Positions 10,106 through 17,896 are shown, counted from the stretch's first letter. The stretch is 64,000 nt of DNA from Candidatus Oxydemutator sp. (GCA_965203445.1 OZ241883.1:160001-224000), one strand, 5' to 3'. Translations and numbers: made by a program. The notes: generated by a model not told the origin, from the letters alone.

Positions 10106-10395
10106 GTTTGTTTCGCGTCTGGACGAGGGATAATCCCGACGTCCCCTCAATCATTGTCAGCGAAGGACGGGTTACGCCCCGCCTGACAATCTCCGCTTAT
10201 ATTCAGCCGAGTCCTCGCCGACCACGGCCACGCGCGGCGTCGGATGGAGATTGCAGTATCGCCGCGTCATAGATACCGCAGACGCCGCGCCCGGCGTAAC
10301 CAGGCTCAAGTAAAGATGCAAGCAGCCAGGACGCTCCTCGCCCGTGCCAACGGCAACGGGCGGATACAGATACTGAAAAGCCCGCCAACAAATGC

Positions 10396-10656
10396 TCAAA
10401 CGCGATCGTCAACCGCGACTATGCTCAAAAGTTCCCTGTTTCTCAGAAGCTCCCAAAATTTTTCAGCAGCCCCCGCAGGCATCTTAGTCTCGAGCACTTC
10501 GGGATATATCAGGGTAGACATGACCAGCTTAAAAGAACCGCTATTCAGACTTTGTACAACCGATCTTATTCTCTGAATTCTGCTTGTATCTTCATTATCC
10601 CCCTTGATCCAGCTGATGAAAAACGACGAATCCCAACAAATCAAATCCTGCTTCAT
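10396..10656 (-). pseudogene. Truncated PIN-domain (VapC-like) protein
   Basis: ICWDSSFFISWI and STLIYPEVL are typical of the PIN N-terminal half; stop at 86 aa precedes the C-terminal acidic motifs; overlaps the upstream gene by ATGA. Confidence 0.7.
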
Positions 10657-11477
10657 TGTGGACCCTTGTTCCAGGCATTGCGCGATTCTTTTACAAATTC
10701 TTCCGTAGTCTTGTCCCCGGTCGCCTCGGGGGCCACTCCATACAAATCCTCCAAAGACGGAAGTCTTTCGCTTGGGGGCAAAACGGACATCTCACGCACG
10801 TCTATCTTGTAAGGAAATGGCGCCTCGGGACGATACCAGCACTCACCAGAAACGGAAACAAACTTCCCTAGAGAGTTCTGCACTTTCCCCAGCAAATCCT
10901 GTGGAAATTTGCACCTCACGGAAAAGACGGCCGGCAAGGACGCATAAATCTTGAACGTGTTCGCTCCGTTGTGGATATTGATTTGCTCAAGCTTCCCGTC
11001 AATGGTATTGATGACCGTTCGCTCGTCGCTTCGAACCCTTCGCAATTTCTCGTTAAAGCGGTCATCCAACTTGTAAATGGCCGGCTCTTCACGAACTCCG
11101 CCTATGGTTCGTATTTCAGCACGGGCCACCTTATCAGGACTTAATTTTGCCAGTTTCTCAAGAGCAGAAAGAGAGTCATCAGAAAGACCCCGGCCTTCAC
11201 ACTTCTGTACCGAATCGAAGATTTTATTGATGTGGCTAAAGGTGGCGTTATCAACGAGACGACGCGTATCACTGAATCTTGTCTCGCACACTATTGTCGC
11301 CGGACTGGAGTGAGAAAGCTTTACGACGTGGAACGTAACTCGTTTGTCGCTGTCTTTTACACGGCTTTTCAAAGTGTCCAGAAATTGCCCGACTTTTTCG
11401 GCGAAAACGGACAACTCCAAATGATTGCCGTTTGCCTCCGGGCCTTCAAGGATGAAAGCAATTTTCTGCTCTGCCAT
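10653..11477 (-). CDS. Hypothetical protein translationally coupled to the PIN gene
   Basis: 274-aa lower-GC ORF; beta-rich C-terminal half (GKLEQINIH...VRCKF...VSVSGE) followed by LPSLEDLYGVAP. Confidence 0.8.
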   Translation of the reverse strand: MAEQKIAFILEGPEANGNHLELSVFAEKVGQFLDTLKSRVKDSDKRVTFHVVKLSHSSPATIVCETRFSDTRRLVDNATFSHINKIFDSVQKCEGRGLSDDSLSALEKLAKLSPDKVARAEIRTIGGVREEPAIYKLDDRFNEKLRRVRSDERTVINTIDGKLEQINIHNGANTFKIYASLPAVFSVRCKFPQDLLGKVQNSLGKFVSVSGECWYRPEAPFPYKIDVREMSVLPPSERLPSLEDLYGVAPEATGDKTTEEFVKESRNAWNKGPQ

Positions 11478-11636
11478 GGGCGGATGATTCTATCAAAAAT
11501 ACAGCCACCGACAACCGCCCGGTTGTCTGGTTGACAGCGTAACCCTTTGTTGCAAAGACCGCCATAGAGAGATATATCGGATCGCGCCCCCGCCCAATCC
11601 GGCCTCGCCGGATTTTCGCTACAATGGACGCGGACG

Positions 11637-13475
11637 ATGAGCAAAACTTCACTGCCAGACGAGCGCTTCGACGCGGCGAACTTCACGGACACCCTGCCGC
11701 GGGAACCCGGCGTCTATCGCATGCTCGACGCCGACGGCGCGATACTCTACGTCGGCAAGGCCAAAGACCTGAAGAAAAGAGTCTCGGCCTATTTCCGCAG
11801 GCGCGGCCTGAGCCCGAAGACGCGCCGCCTGATGGAGCGCGTCGCCGACGTCGGCGTCGCGGTCACACGCTCCGAGGCCGAGGCGCTGTTGCTCGAGAAC
11901 AACCTGATCAAAAAGCACCGTCCGCGCTACAACGTGCTGCTGCGCGACGACAAAAGCTACCCCTACATCTACGTCTCGGAACAAGACGAGTTCCCGCGCA
12001 TCGGCTTCTACCGCGGCGCGCGCAAGGCGCCGGGACGCTACTTCGGCCCCTATCCGAACGCGGCCGCGGTGCGCCAGACGCTGAACCTGCTGCAAAAACT
12101 GTTCCGGCTGCGTCCATGTCAGGATTCGTTCTTCCGCAACCGCACGCGCCCGTGCCTGCAATACCAGATCAAGCGTTGCAGCGCGCCGTGCGTCGGCCTC
12201 ATCGGCGAAGACGACTACCGCGCCGACCTGGCGCTTGCGACCGAGTTCCTGTCCGGCAACAGCCGCAAGATCATCGAGACGCTGATCGCGCGCATGGACG
12301 ACGCCGCGCGCGAGACGCGCTACGAGGACGCGATCCGCTACCGCGACCAGATCGCGCTGCTGCGCCAGGTCGCCGAGCAGCAGTCGGTCAGCAGCGACGG
12401 CGGCGACAGCGACGTCATCGCCTGCCACCTGCAAGGCGGCTTCGCGTGCGTGCAGGTGTTCAACGTGCGCGGCGGCGTCAACATCGGCAACAACGCGTTC
12501 TACCCGATCCTGCCCGACGACGAGATCGGCGCGGCGGCGCTGCTGACCGCGTTCGCCGGCCAGTACTATCTGACCCACGAGGTGCCCGGCGAGATCGTGT
12601 GCAGCCACGCGCCCGACGACGCCAAAGCACTCACCGAGATGCTGTCGGACAAGGCGCGGCGCAAGGTCGCGCTGACCACCGCGCCGCGCGGCAAAAAGCG
12701 GCTGTGTCTTGCGACCGCGCGCAACAATGCCGAAATCGCGCTGCACTCGAGACTGGCGTCGCGCGCCGGAATGCGCCGGCGTTTGCAGGCGCTGCAAGAG
12801 GCGCTCGACCTGCCGACGCTGCCGACGCGCATGGAGTGTTTCGACATCAGCCACACGATGGGAGAAAGACCGGTGGCCGCGTGCGTGGTGTTCAACCAGG
12901 AAGGGGCGGCGAAGCAGGAATACCGCCGCTTCAACGTCGACAACGTCGCCGCCGGCGACGACTACGCCGCGCTGCGCCAGGCCATCGAGCGCCGCTACCG
13001 CCGTCTCAAGCGCGGCGAAGCGCGACTGCCCGACGTGCTGTTCATAGACGGCGGCAAGGGACAGGTCAACCAGGCCAGGGCGGTGCTGAGCGAACTTGCG
13101 ATCACCGGCGTCGAGGTCATCGGCGTCGCCAAGGGCGAGGCGCGCAAGGCCGGGCTGGAAACCATCGTCTACGGCGATTACGGCGAGACCACCAGACTCA
13201 GGCCCGATTCCACGGCGCTGCATCTGATCCAGCAGGTACGCGACGAGGCGCACCGCTTTGCGATCACGGGCCACCGCCGGCGCCGCAACAAGGCGCGGCG
13301 GCGGTCGCCGTTGGAAGACATCGCCGGCCTGGGCCCGAAGCGCCGCCGGCAGCTGTTGCGCTACTTCGGCGGGGCGCAAGGCGTCGCACGCGCCAGCACC
13401 GACGAACTCGGCAAAGTGCCCGGCATCAGCCGCCGTCTCGCGGCGTCCATCTACGAGACCCTGCACGGCCAATGA
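11637..13475 (+). CDS. uvrC: Excinuclease ABC subunit C
   Basis: GIY-YIG PGVYRM/YVGKAK, LRDDKSYPY, ECFDISH, IDGGKGQ, RDEAHRFA, HhH C-terminus. Confidence 0.98.
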   Translation: MSKTSLPDERFDAANFTDTLPREPGVYRMLDADGAILYVGKAKDLKKRVSAYFRRRGLSPKTRRLMERVADVGVAVTRSEAEALLLENNLIKKHRPRYNVLLRDDKSYPYIYVSEQDEFPRIGFYRGARKAPGRYFGPYPNAAAVRQTLNLLQKLFRLRPCQDSFFRNRTRPCLQYQIKRCSAPCVGLIGEDDYRADLALATEFLSGNSRKIIETLIARMDDAARETRYEDAIRYRDQIALLRQVAEQQSVSSDGGDSDVIACHLQGGFACVQVFNVRGGVNIGNNAFYPILPDDEIGAAALLTAFAGQYYLTHEVPGEIVCSHAPDDAKALTEMLSDKARRKVALTTAPRGKKRLCLATARNNAEIALHSRLASRAGMRRRLQALQEALDLPTLPTRMECFDISHTMGERPVAACVVFNQEGAAKQEYRRFNVDNVAAGDDYAALRQAIERRYRRLKRGEARLPDVLFIDGGKGQVNQARAVLSELAITGVEVIGVAKGEARKAGLETIVYGDYGETTRLRPDSTALHLIQQVRDEAHRFAITGHRRRRNKARRRSPLEDIAGLGPKRRRQLLRYFGGAQGVARASTDELGKVPGISRRLAASIYETLHGQ

Positions 13476-14029
13476 TGCACCCGGCGGCATTGCCGAACTT
13501 CCTGACCATGCTGCGCGTGCTGCTGACGCCGGTGTTGGTCGTGCTGTTCCACCTGCCGTGGGCGTGGAGCGGCGCGGCCTGCGCCGGCGCCTTCGTGCTG
13601 GCGACGTTGACCGACGCGCTCGACGGCTGGATCGCGCGCCGCCTAAGGCAGGAGACGCGCTTCGGCGCCTTTTTGGATCCGGTCGCCGACAAGCTGATCG
13701 TCAGCGCCGCGCTGGTCATGATTGTAAGCCGCGATCAATCGCTGATAATCACGGCCCCGGCGATGATCGTGATCGGGCGCGAGATCGCGGTGTCCGCGCT
13801 GCGCGAGTGGATGGCGCAGCTCGGTCAGCGTAAACTGATAGACGTATCCCAACTCGGCAAAGTCAAGACCGCGGCACAGATGGTGGCGATCAGCCTGCTG
13901 CTCTACAACGAGCCGCTCCTCGGCCTCGATACCAGGCAGGCAGGCCTGGTGCTGCTCTACGTCGCCGCGATCCTGACGCTGGTCTCCATGACCGCGTACC
14001 TGCAGACCGCTTGGCGGCACCTGCGATAA
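13472..14029 (+). CDS. pgsA: CDP-diacylglycerol--glycerol-3-phosphate 3-phosphatidyltransferase
   Basis: PNFLTMLR, TDALDGWIAR, FGAFLDPVADK and GKVKT motifs; overlaps the uvrC stop. Confidence 0.96.
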   Translation: MMHPAALPNFLTMLRVLLTPVLVVLFHLPWAWSGAACAGAFVLATLTDALDGWIARRLRQETRFGAFLDPVADKLIVSAALVMIVSRDQSLIITAPAMIVIGREIAVSALREWMAQLGQRKLIDVSQLGKVKTAAQMVAISLLLYNEPLLGLDTRQAGLVLLYVAAILTLVSMTAYLQTAWRHLR

Positions 14030-14123
14030 CGGTCGGGTTTGCGGCGCCGGGAGGCGCAAAGCGATTCGTCGGGAAAAGACCGGGAGCCTCGCTCGCGCGC
14101 ATAGGCCCGGCGCAACGGAGCGC

Positions 14124-14199
14124 TGGAGCGGGAAACGGGGTTCGAACCCGCGACCTCAACCTTGGCAAGGTTGCGCTCTACCAACTGAGCTATTCCCGC
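14124..14199 (-). tRNA. tRNA-Gly (GCC)
   Basis: GCGGGAATAGCTCAGTTGGTAGAGCGCAACCTTGCCAAGGTTGAGGTCGCGGGTTCGAACCCCGTTTCCCGCTCCA on the minus strand. Confidence 0.98.
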
Positions 14200-14217
14200 G
14201 CCACTTTCGCGGGCGCC

Positions 14218-14246
14218 ATTTTCCACCAACGCCGCCACTCAGTCAA
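14218..14246 (-). promoter_or_regulatory. Possible sigma70 promoter of the inverted tRNA-Gly
   Basis: TTGACT-17 bp-GAAAAT followed by a GC-rich discriminator on the minus strand. Confidence 0.4.
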
Positions 14247-14258
14247 CACGATGTACGG

Positions 14259-14325
14259 CTGCTTCGGGAACGCCCGCGGGGGCGTTCCCTTACCTTTCAG
14301 GGGCGCTCATGGGGCGTTTCCTCGC
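14259..14325. repeat. REP-like palindrome, copy 1, plus a degenerate tandem copy
   Basis: GGGAACGCCC-GCGG-GGGCGTTCCC at 14266-14289; near-identical to the reverse complement of 40915-40982. Confidence 0.8.
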
Positions 14326-14503
14326 CTCGGGTTGCTATCAGGCGAGAGGGTGACTCCGCGTCGCACTCGAAGTGCGTGCCACCTGCATTCGGATAAGGTG
14401 CTGCGGCTGACCCCGAATGCGCCTTGGGTTGCAGACAAGCCGTGTTTGTCCCAGAATAGTAGGGGAATTATATATCTAAATCTACAGAATAGTGGTGAAG
14501 TAC

Positions 14504-14531
14504 TTGATTTTCTATAGGAATATGGTATGAT
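14504..14531 (+). promoter_or_regulatory. Putative sigma70 promoter of tnpB (extended -10)
   Basis: TTGATT-16 bp-TATGAT with TGn extension, ending 5 bp before GTG 14537; no Shine-Dalgarno visible. Confidence 0.55.
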
Positions 14532-14536
14532 GTTTT

Positions 14537-15769
14537 GTGATGAAAGTCCATAGAACAATCCGGTATAGGTTGCATCCTGGTACGCAGGCCAAAGCCCGCA
14601 AGTTGGCGGGATTGGCGGGGGCGTGCAGGTTTGTATGGAATCATTTCGTAGGGAAGTTAAGGGACGAATATCTGGCATATGGATGCTGTAAGCCTTGGTA
14701 TTTTACATTGGGCAAGCAGTTCACTCTGTTACGTCGCCACTGTGAACCCTGGTTGCAGGAATACTCGGCCAACATAGTAAAGGCATCTTTGAAACAGTTG
14801 GAAACGACGTACAAGCAGTTTTATAAGAAAGAGGGCGGATTGCCGAGGTTCCATGCAAAATATATGCATCCCGATAGTTTTCCCTTGGTGACGGGGACGT
14901 TCCATCTGAAAGGCCGTTACTTGCACATCGCCAAGATAGGCGAGGTGCTGTTGCTTGGCCACTATCCCTATCCGGACGGCGTGCCGAAGTCCGGCGCGGT
15001 CAAGCGGGAATGCGGCAGGTGGTATGCGTATATCACGTATGAAGTGGAACAATCCGAAGCATTGAAACCTGTAAGAGAAGTCGGCATAGACCGCAACGTC
15101 GGTCAGGTAACATTATCCGACGGGACGATGTATCGTATGCCGGATACGGCAAAACATGAACGTCGCGTCAGGCGTTATCAGAAGAAGATGGCCAGGCGAC
15201 AGGGGCCGAACCGCAAGAAAGGGATCAAGGCGTCGAACCGGTGGAAGCGCGCACAGTTGCTTCATCAGAAGGCACAGGCCACGTTGCGACACGTCAGACG
15301 GAATTGGTGCCATGGCGTATCGAGGGAAGTGGCCGATAAATACTCCCTTGTGCACCTGGAGCAGTTGAACAATCCAGGGATGACAAGAAGCGTCAAGGGA
15401 ACAAAGGAGAAACCCGGAACCAACGTTCGCGCGAAGAGCGGCTTGAACCGCGTGATCCTGGCGTCATGCTGGGGCAAGTTTCACCAGTGCCTGGACTACA
15501 AGACGAATACGAATTACATAAACCCTGCATACACAAGTCAGACATGCAATAAATGCGGGAACGTAGATAAAGAAAACAGAAAGACGCAGGCGGCGTTTAT
15601 TTGCACCGCTTGCGGTCATCGGGACAATGCGGATGTAAATGCCACATCGAATATATTGGCCTTCGGGAATGGGGCTACTGGACGTGGAGGCGGCGAGGTT
15701 ACTCGGCCTGTGAAGCGTCAAATGGATACCAGAAATCAACAAGAAAGTCTTGTAGATTTAGGTATATAA
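14537..15769 (+). CDS. tnpB: RNA-guided endonuclease TnpB
   Basis: N-terminal YRLHP...AGACRFVWN; RuvC-I VGIDRN, RuvC-II HLEQLN, PAYTSQTCNKCG...CTACG zinc ribbon, RuvC-III NADVNA; D-E-D intact. Confidence 0.95.
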   Translation: MMKVHRTIRYRLHPGTQAKARKLAGLAGACRFVWNHFVGKLRDEYLAYGCCKPWYFTLGKQFTLLRRHCEPWLQEYSANIVKASLKQLETTYKQFYKKEGGLPRFHAKYMHPDSFPLVTGTFHLKGRYLHIAKIGEVLLLGHYPYPDGVPKSGAVKRECGRWYAYITYEVEQSEALKPVREVGIDRNVGQVTLSDGTMYRMPDTAKHERRVRRYQKKMARRQGPNRKKGIKASNRWKRAQLLHQKAQATLRHVRRNWCHGVSREVADKYSLVHLEQLNNPGMTRSVKGTKEKPGTNVRAKSGLNRVILASCWGKFHQCLDYKTNTNYINPAYTSQTCNKCGNVDKENRKTQAAFICTACGHRDNADVNATSNILAFGNGATGRGGGEVTRPVKRQMDTRNQQESLVDLGI

Positions 15770-15774
15770 TTCCC
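15658..15774 (+). ncRNA. Candidate omegaRNA/reRNA scaffold overlapping the tnpB 3' end
   Basis: Nested hairpin GACG..AGGC..CGAG-GTTA-CTCG.GCCT..CGTC (15681-15719) followed by TCAA; position is typical of TnpB guide scaffolds; boundaries inferred. Confidence 0.45.
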
Positions 15775-16032
15775 AATAGTAGAACATCCCATTGGCGTTC
15801 GGCGCTTGTCGCCATGGGCTTCCATACGGTTTGCACAGGAAGCTATTTTACGCAACCCTGGGACGCGGTAGCCGACGTGCTTTATCTGCACTTCGGCTAT
15901 CTTTTTGTGGCCAGGATATTGGCCAGTACGTTTCTGGCCCTATACAGAGTAATCCGCGCCGAATAGTGGTAGTCTTTGCGCCATGGGTTCGTCGCGGATT
16001 TCACAAGCCCGTGCGAGGATCACCTATACGGG

Positions 16033-16103
16033 GGCTAGTTGGCAGAGTGGTTATGCAGCGGCCTGCAAAGCCGTGTACGCCGGTTCGATTCCGGCACTAG
16101 CCT
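16033..16103 (+). tRNA. tRNA-Cys (GCA), CCA not encoded
   Basis: GGCTAGT...GCCTGCAAAGC...GGTTCGATTCC...ACTAGCCT cloverleaf. Confidence 0.95.
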
Positions 16104-16136
16104 TCACCCGCACCGTCGCCGGCGACGGCGAAAAAC

Positions 16137-16220
16137 GGGGACGTGGCGGAATTGGCAGACGCTTTGGACTTAAAATCCAATGGCTTGAGAGCCGTGCGGG
16201 TTCGAGTCCCGCCGTCCCCA
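16137..16220 (+). tRNA. tRNA-Leu (TAA), CCA not encoded
   Basis: GGGGACG...TTGGACTTAAAATCCAA, long variable arm, GGTTCGAGTCC...CGTCCCCA. Confidence 0.95.
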
Positions 16221-16239
16221 CCGCTTCGGCGCACCGCCG

Positions 16240-17883
16240 GTGACACAAAGCGCCGGCGCGAGAAAAACCCGCGTCGTGATCGTCGGCGGCGGCTTCGCCG
16301 GCGTGTTCACCGCGAAATACCTGCGCCGCTACGCCGCGGGCGCCGACGTCGAGCTGATCAACGGCAACAACTATTTCGTGTTCCAACCACTGTTGCCGGA
16401 AGTCGTCGCCGGCACGATCGGCATTGCCGACGCGGTGTCGCCGCTGCGCCTGCTGTTGCCGAAAACCCGCTTTCGCATGGCCGACGTTGCGTCGTTGGAC
16501 CTGAAGAAACAGATGGTGCGCGTGCTGCAGGGCATCAAAACCCGCTACATCCGCGTACCCTACGACCACCTTGTCATCGCCTGCGGGCTTGCGCCCGGCC
16601 TGGAGTCGCTGCCCGGCTTCGCCGAGCACGGTTTGGCGCTGAAGAACGTCGCCGACACCTACGCGCTGCGCAACCACCTCATCCAGTGCCTGGAACACGC
16701 CGACGTAACCAACGACCCGGAACTGAAGAAGAGACTGTTGACCTTTGTCGTCGCCGGCGGCGGTTTCTCCGGCGTCGAGACCGTCGGCGAAATCCACGAG
16801 ATGCTGCGCCGCACGGTGCGTTACTACCCGTACGTGTCGCCCGCCGAAATCCGGCTGGTCATCGCGCACGGCGGCGCGCGGCTGCTGCCGGAGTTATCGC
16901 CGGCGTCGAGCCGCTACATACGCCGGCTGTTCGAGAAACGCGGCATCGAGGTTCTGCTCGACCGCCGCCTGGCCAGCGCCACCGGCACTTCGGTGCGTTT
17001 CGAGGACGGTGGCGAAATCGAGACGATGACGCTGATCACGACGGTCGGCATGACGACGGCGCGGGTGATCGCGTCGTCGCCGCTGCGCCTGAGGCGCGGG
17101 CGCGTCGTCACCAACCGCCTGCTCCAGGCCGACGGCTACGACAACGTCTGGGCAATCGGCGACGCCGCCTGCATCCCGCTCGACGACGACGGCGGGGAAT
17201 ACGCGCCGCCGACCGCGCAATTTGCGGTGCGCGAGGCGAGGCAACTCGCAAAAAACGTCGCGGCGTCCATCGCCGGGCGCGCACCGGCGCCGTTCTCGTA
17301 CACAAGCAGGGGCGCGCTCGCGTCGCTCGGCAACCACCGAGGCATCGCCGAAGTCTTTGGCGTGCGCCTGTCCGGTATCTCCGCGTGGCTGTTGTGGCGC
17401 AGCCTGTACCTGTCCATGCTGCCGGGCGCCGCTACGCGGCTGCGGGTTGCGATCGACTGGCTGTTCGATCTGTTCCTGCCGCGCAGCATCGTCCAGATCG
17501 AGCAAAAAACGGGGCACGCCTGCCGCATGCTGCGCTTCCGGAAAGGCGACCTCGTCTCGCAACCGGGGCAAGTGACGCGGGGGCTGTACACGGTCGTGTC
17601 GGGGGCGCTCGAGGAATATTCTCGGGATCCGCGGACTGGCGAGGAACTGGTGCGGGTGCTCGGCGCCGGCACGCACTGGGGCGAACGCACCGCCAGCGAC
17701 GAGACGCCGACGGTCGGCACGTTGCGCGCGATCAAAGACAGCGTCGTGCTGGTGCTCGACAAACGGGACTTCAGACGGCTGCGCCGCTCGTTCAACGTGC
17801 TGAACGAATACTTCGAGCAGCTGCCCGAATCGCTCTACCCGAGGGAGCAGCAACACCGCGTGCCGCACTCCGACGACGAATGA
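16240..17883 (+). CDS. Type II NADH dehydrogenase family protein with C-terminal cyclic-nucleotide-binding-like domain
   Basis: VIVGGGFAG, FQPLLPEV, VVAGGGFSGVE, AIGDAA, PPTAQFA; C-terminal FRKGDLVSQPG...LYTVVSG...LGAGTHWGE. Confidence 0.88.
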   Translation: MTQSAGARKTRVVIVGGGFAGVFTAKYLRRYAAGADVELINGNNYFVFQPLLPEVVAGTIGIADAVSPLRLLLPKTRFRMADVASLDLKKQMVRVLQGIKTRYIRVPYDHLVIACGLAPGLESLPGFAEHGLALKNVADTYALRNHLIQCLEHADVTNDPELKKRLLTFVVAGGGFSGVETVGEIHEMLRRTVRYYPYVSPAEIRLVIAHGGARLLPELSPASSRYIRRLFEKRGIEVLLDRRLASATGTSVRFEDGGEIETMTLITTVGMTTARVIASSPLRLRRGRVVTNRLLQADGYDNVWAIGDAACIPLDDDGGEYAPPTAQFAVREARQLAKNVAASIAGRAPAPFSYTSRGALASLGNHRGIAEVFGVRLSGISAWLLWRSLYLSMLPGAATRLRVAIDWLFDLFLPRSIVQIEQKTGHACRMLRFRKGDLVSQPGQVTRGLYTVVSGALEEYSRDPRTGEELVRVLGAGTHWGERTASDETPTVGTLRAIKDSVVLVLDKRDFRRLRRSFNVLNEYFEQLPESLYPREQQHRVPHSDDE

Positions 17884-17896
17884 GGGACGCGCCCGA

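Larger units (their letters stand above)
14463..15774 (+). mobile_element. Non-autonomous 1312-bp tnpB-only element with 24-bp TIRs and 8-bp TSD
   Basis: Left end GGGAATTATATATCTAAATCTACA (14463-14486) and right end TGTAGATTTAGGTATATAATTCCC (15751-15774) are 23/24 inverted. AATAGTAG is directly repeated at 14455-14462 and 15775-15782. Confidence 0.92.
14307..15946 (-). pseudogene. Decayed IS481-like transposase N-terminal fragment interrupted by the tnpB element
   Basis: Removing 14463-15774 and one TSD copy restores MATSAERQWDVLLFWDKHGLSATQGAFGVSRSTLSE (HTH-like). A frameshifted VQIKHVGYRVPG lies upstream and a candidate TGT end is at 15946. Family assignment is from memory. Confidence 0.55.

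Noticed and set aside
10172-10412. Frameshifted C-terminal half of the PIN gene (YDAAIL in another frame)
   Set aside because: Similarity is too weak by eye to claim a programmed or simple frameshift; treated as a truncation.
11624-14029. 801-aa ORF as a fusion protein, and similar long upstream extensions of rapZ, hpf, HPr, orn, bamB and the phosphorylase
   Set aside because: High-GC alternative-frame read-through; only the C-terminal parts carry real protein motifs.
14537-15769. Cas12f or nuclease-dead TldR interpretation of the ORF
   Set aside because: No CRISPR array nearby, and all three RuvC acidic residues are present.
14487-15970. GAATAGTGGT at 14487 and 15961 as alternative element boundaries
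   Set aside because: A 10-bp match not adjacent to inverted repeats; the TIR/TSD boundaries are better supported because they restore the interrupted reading frame.
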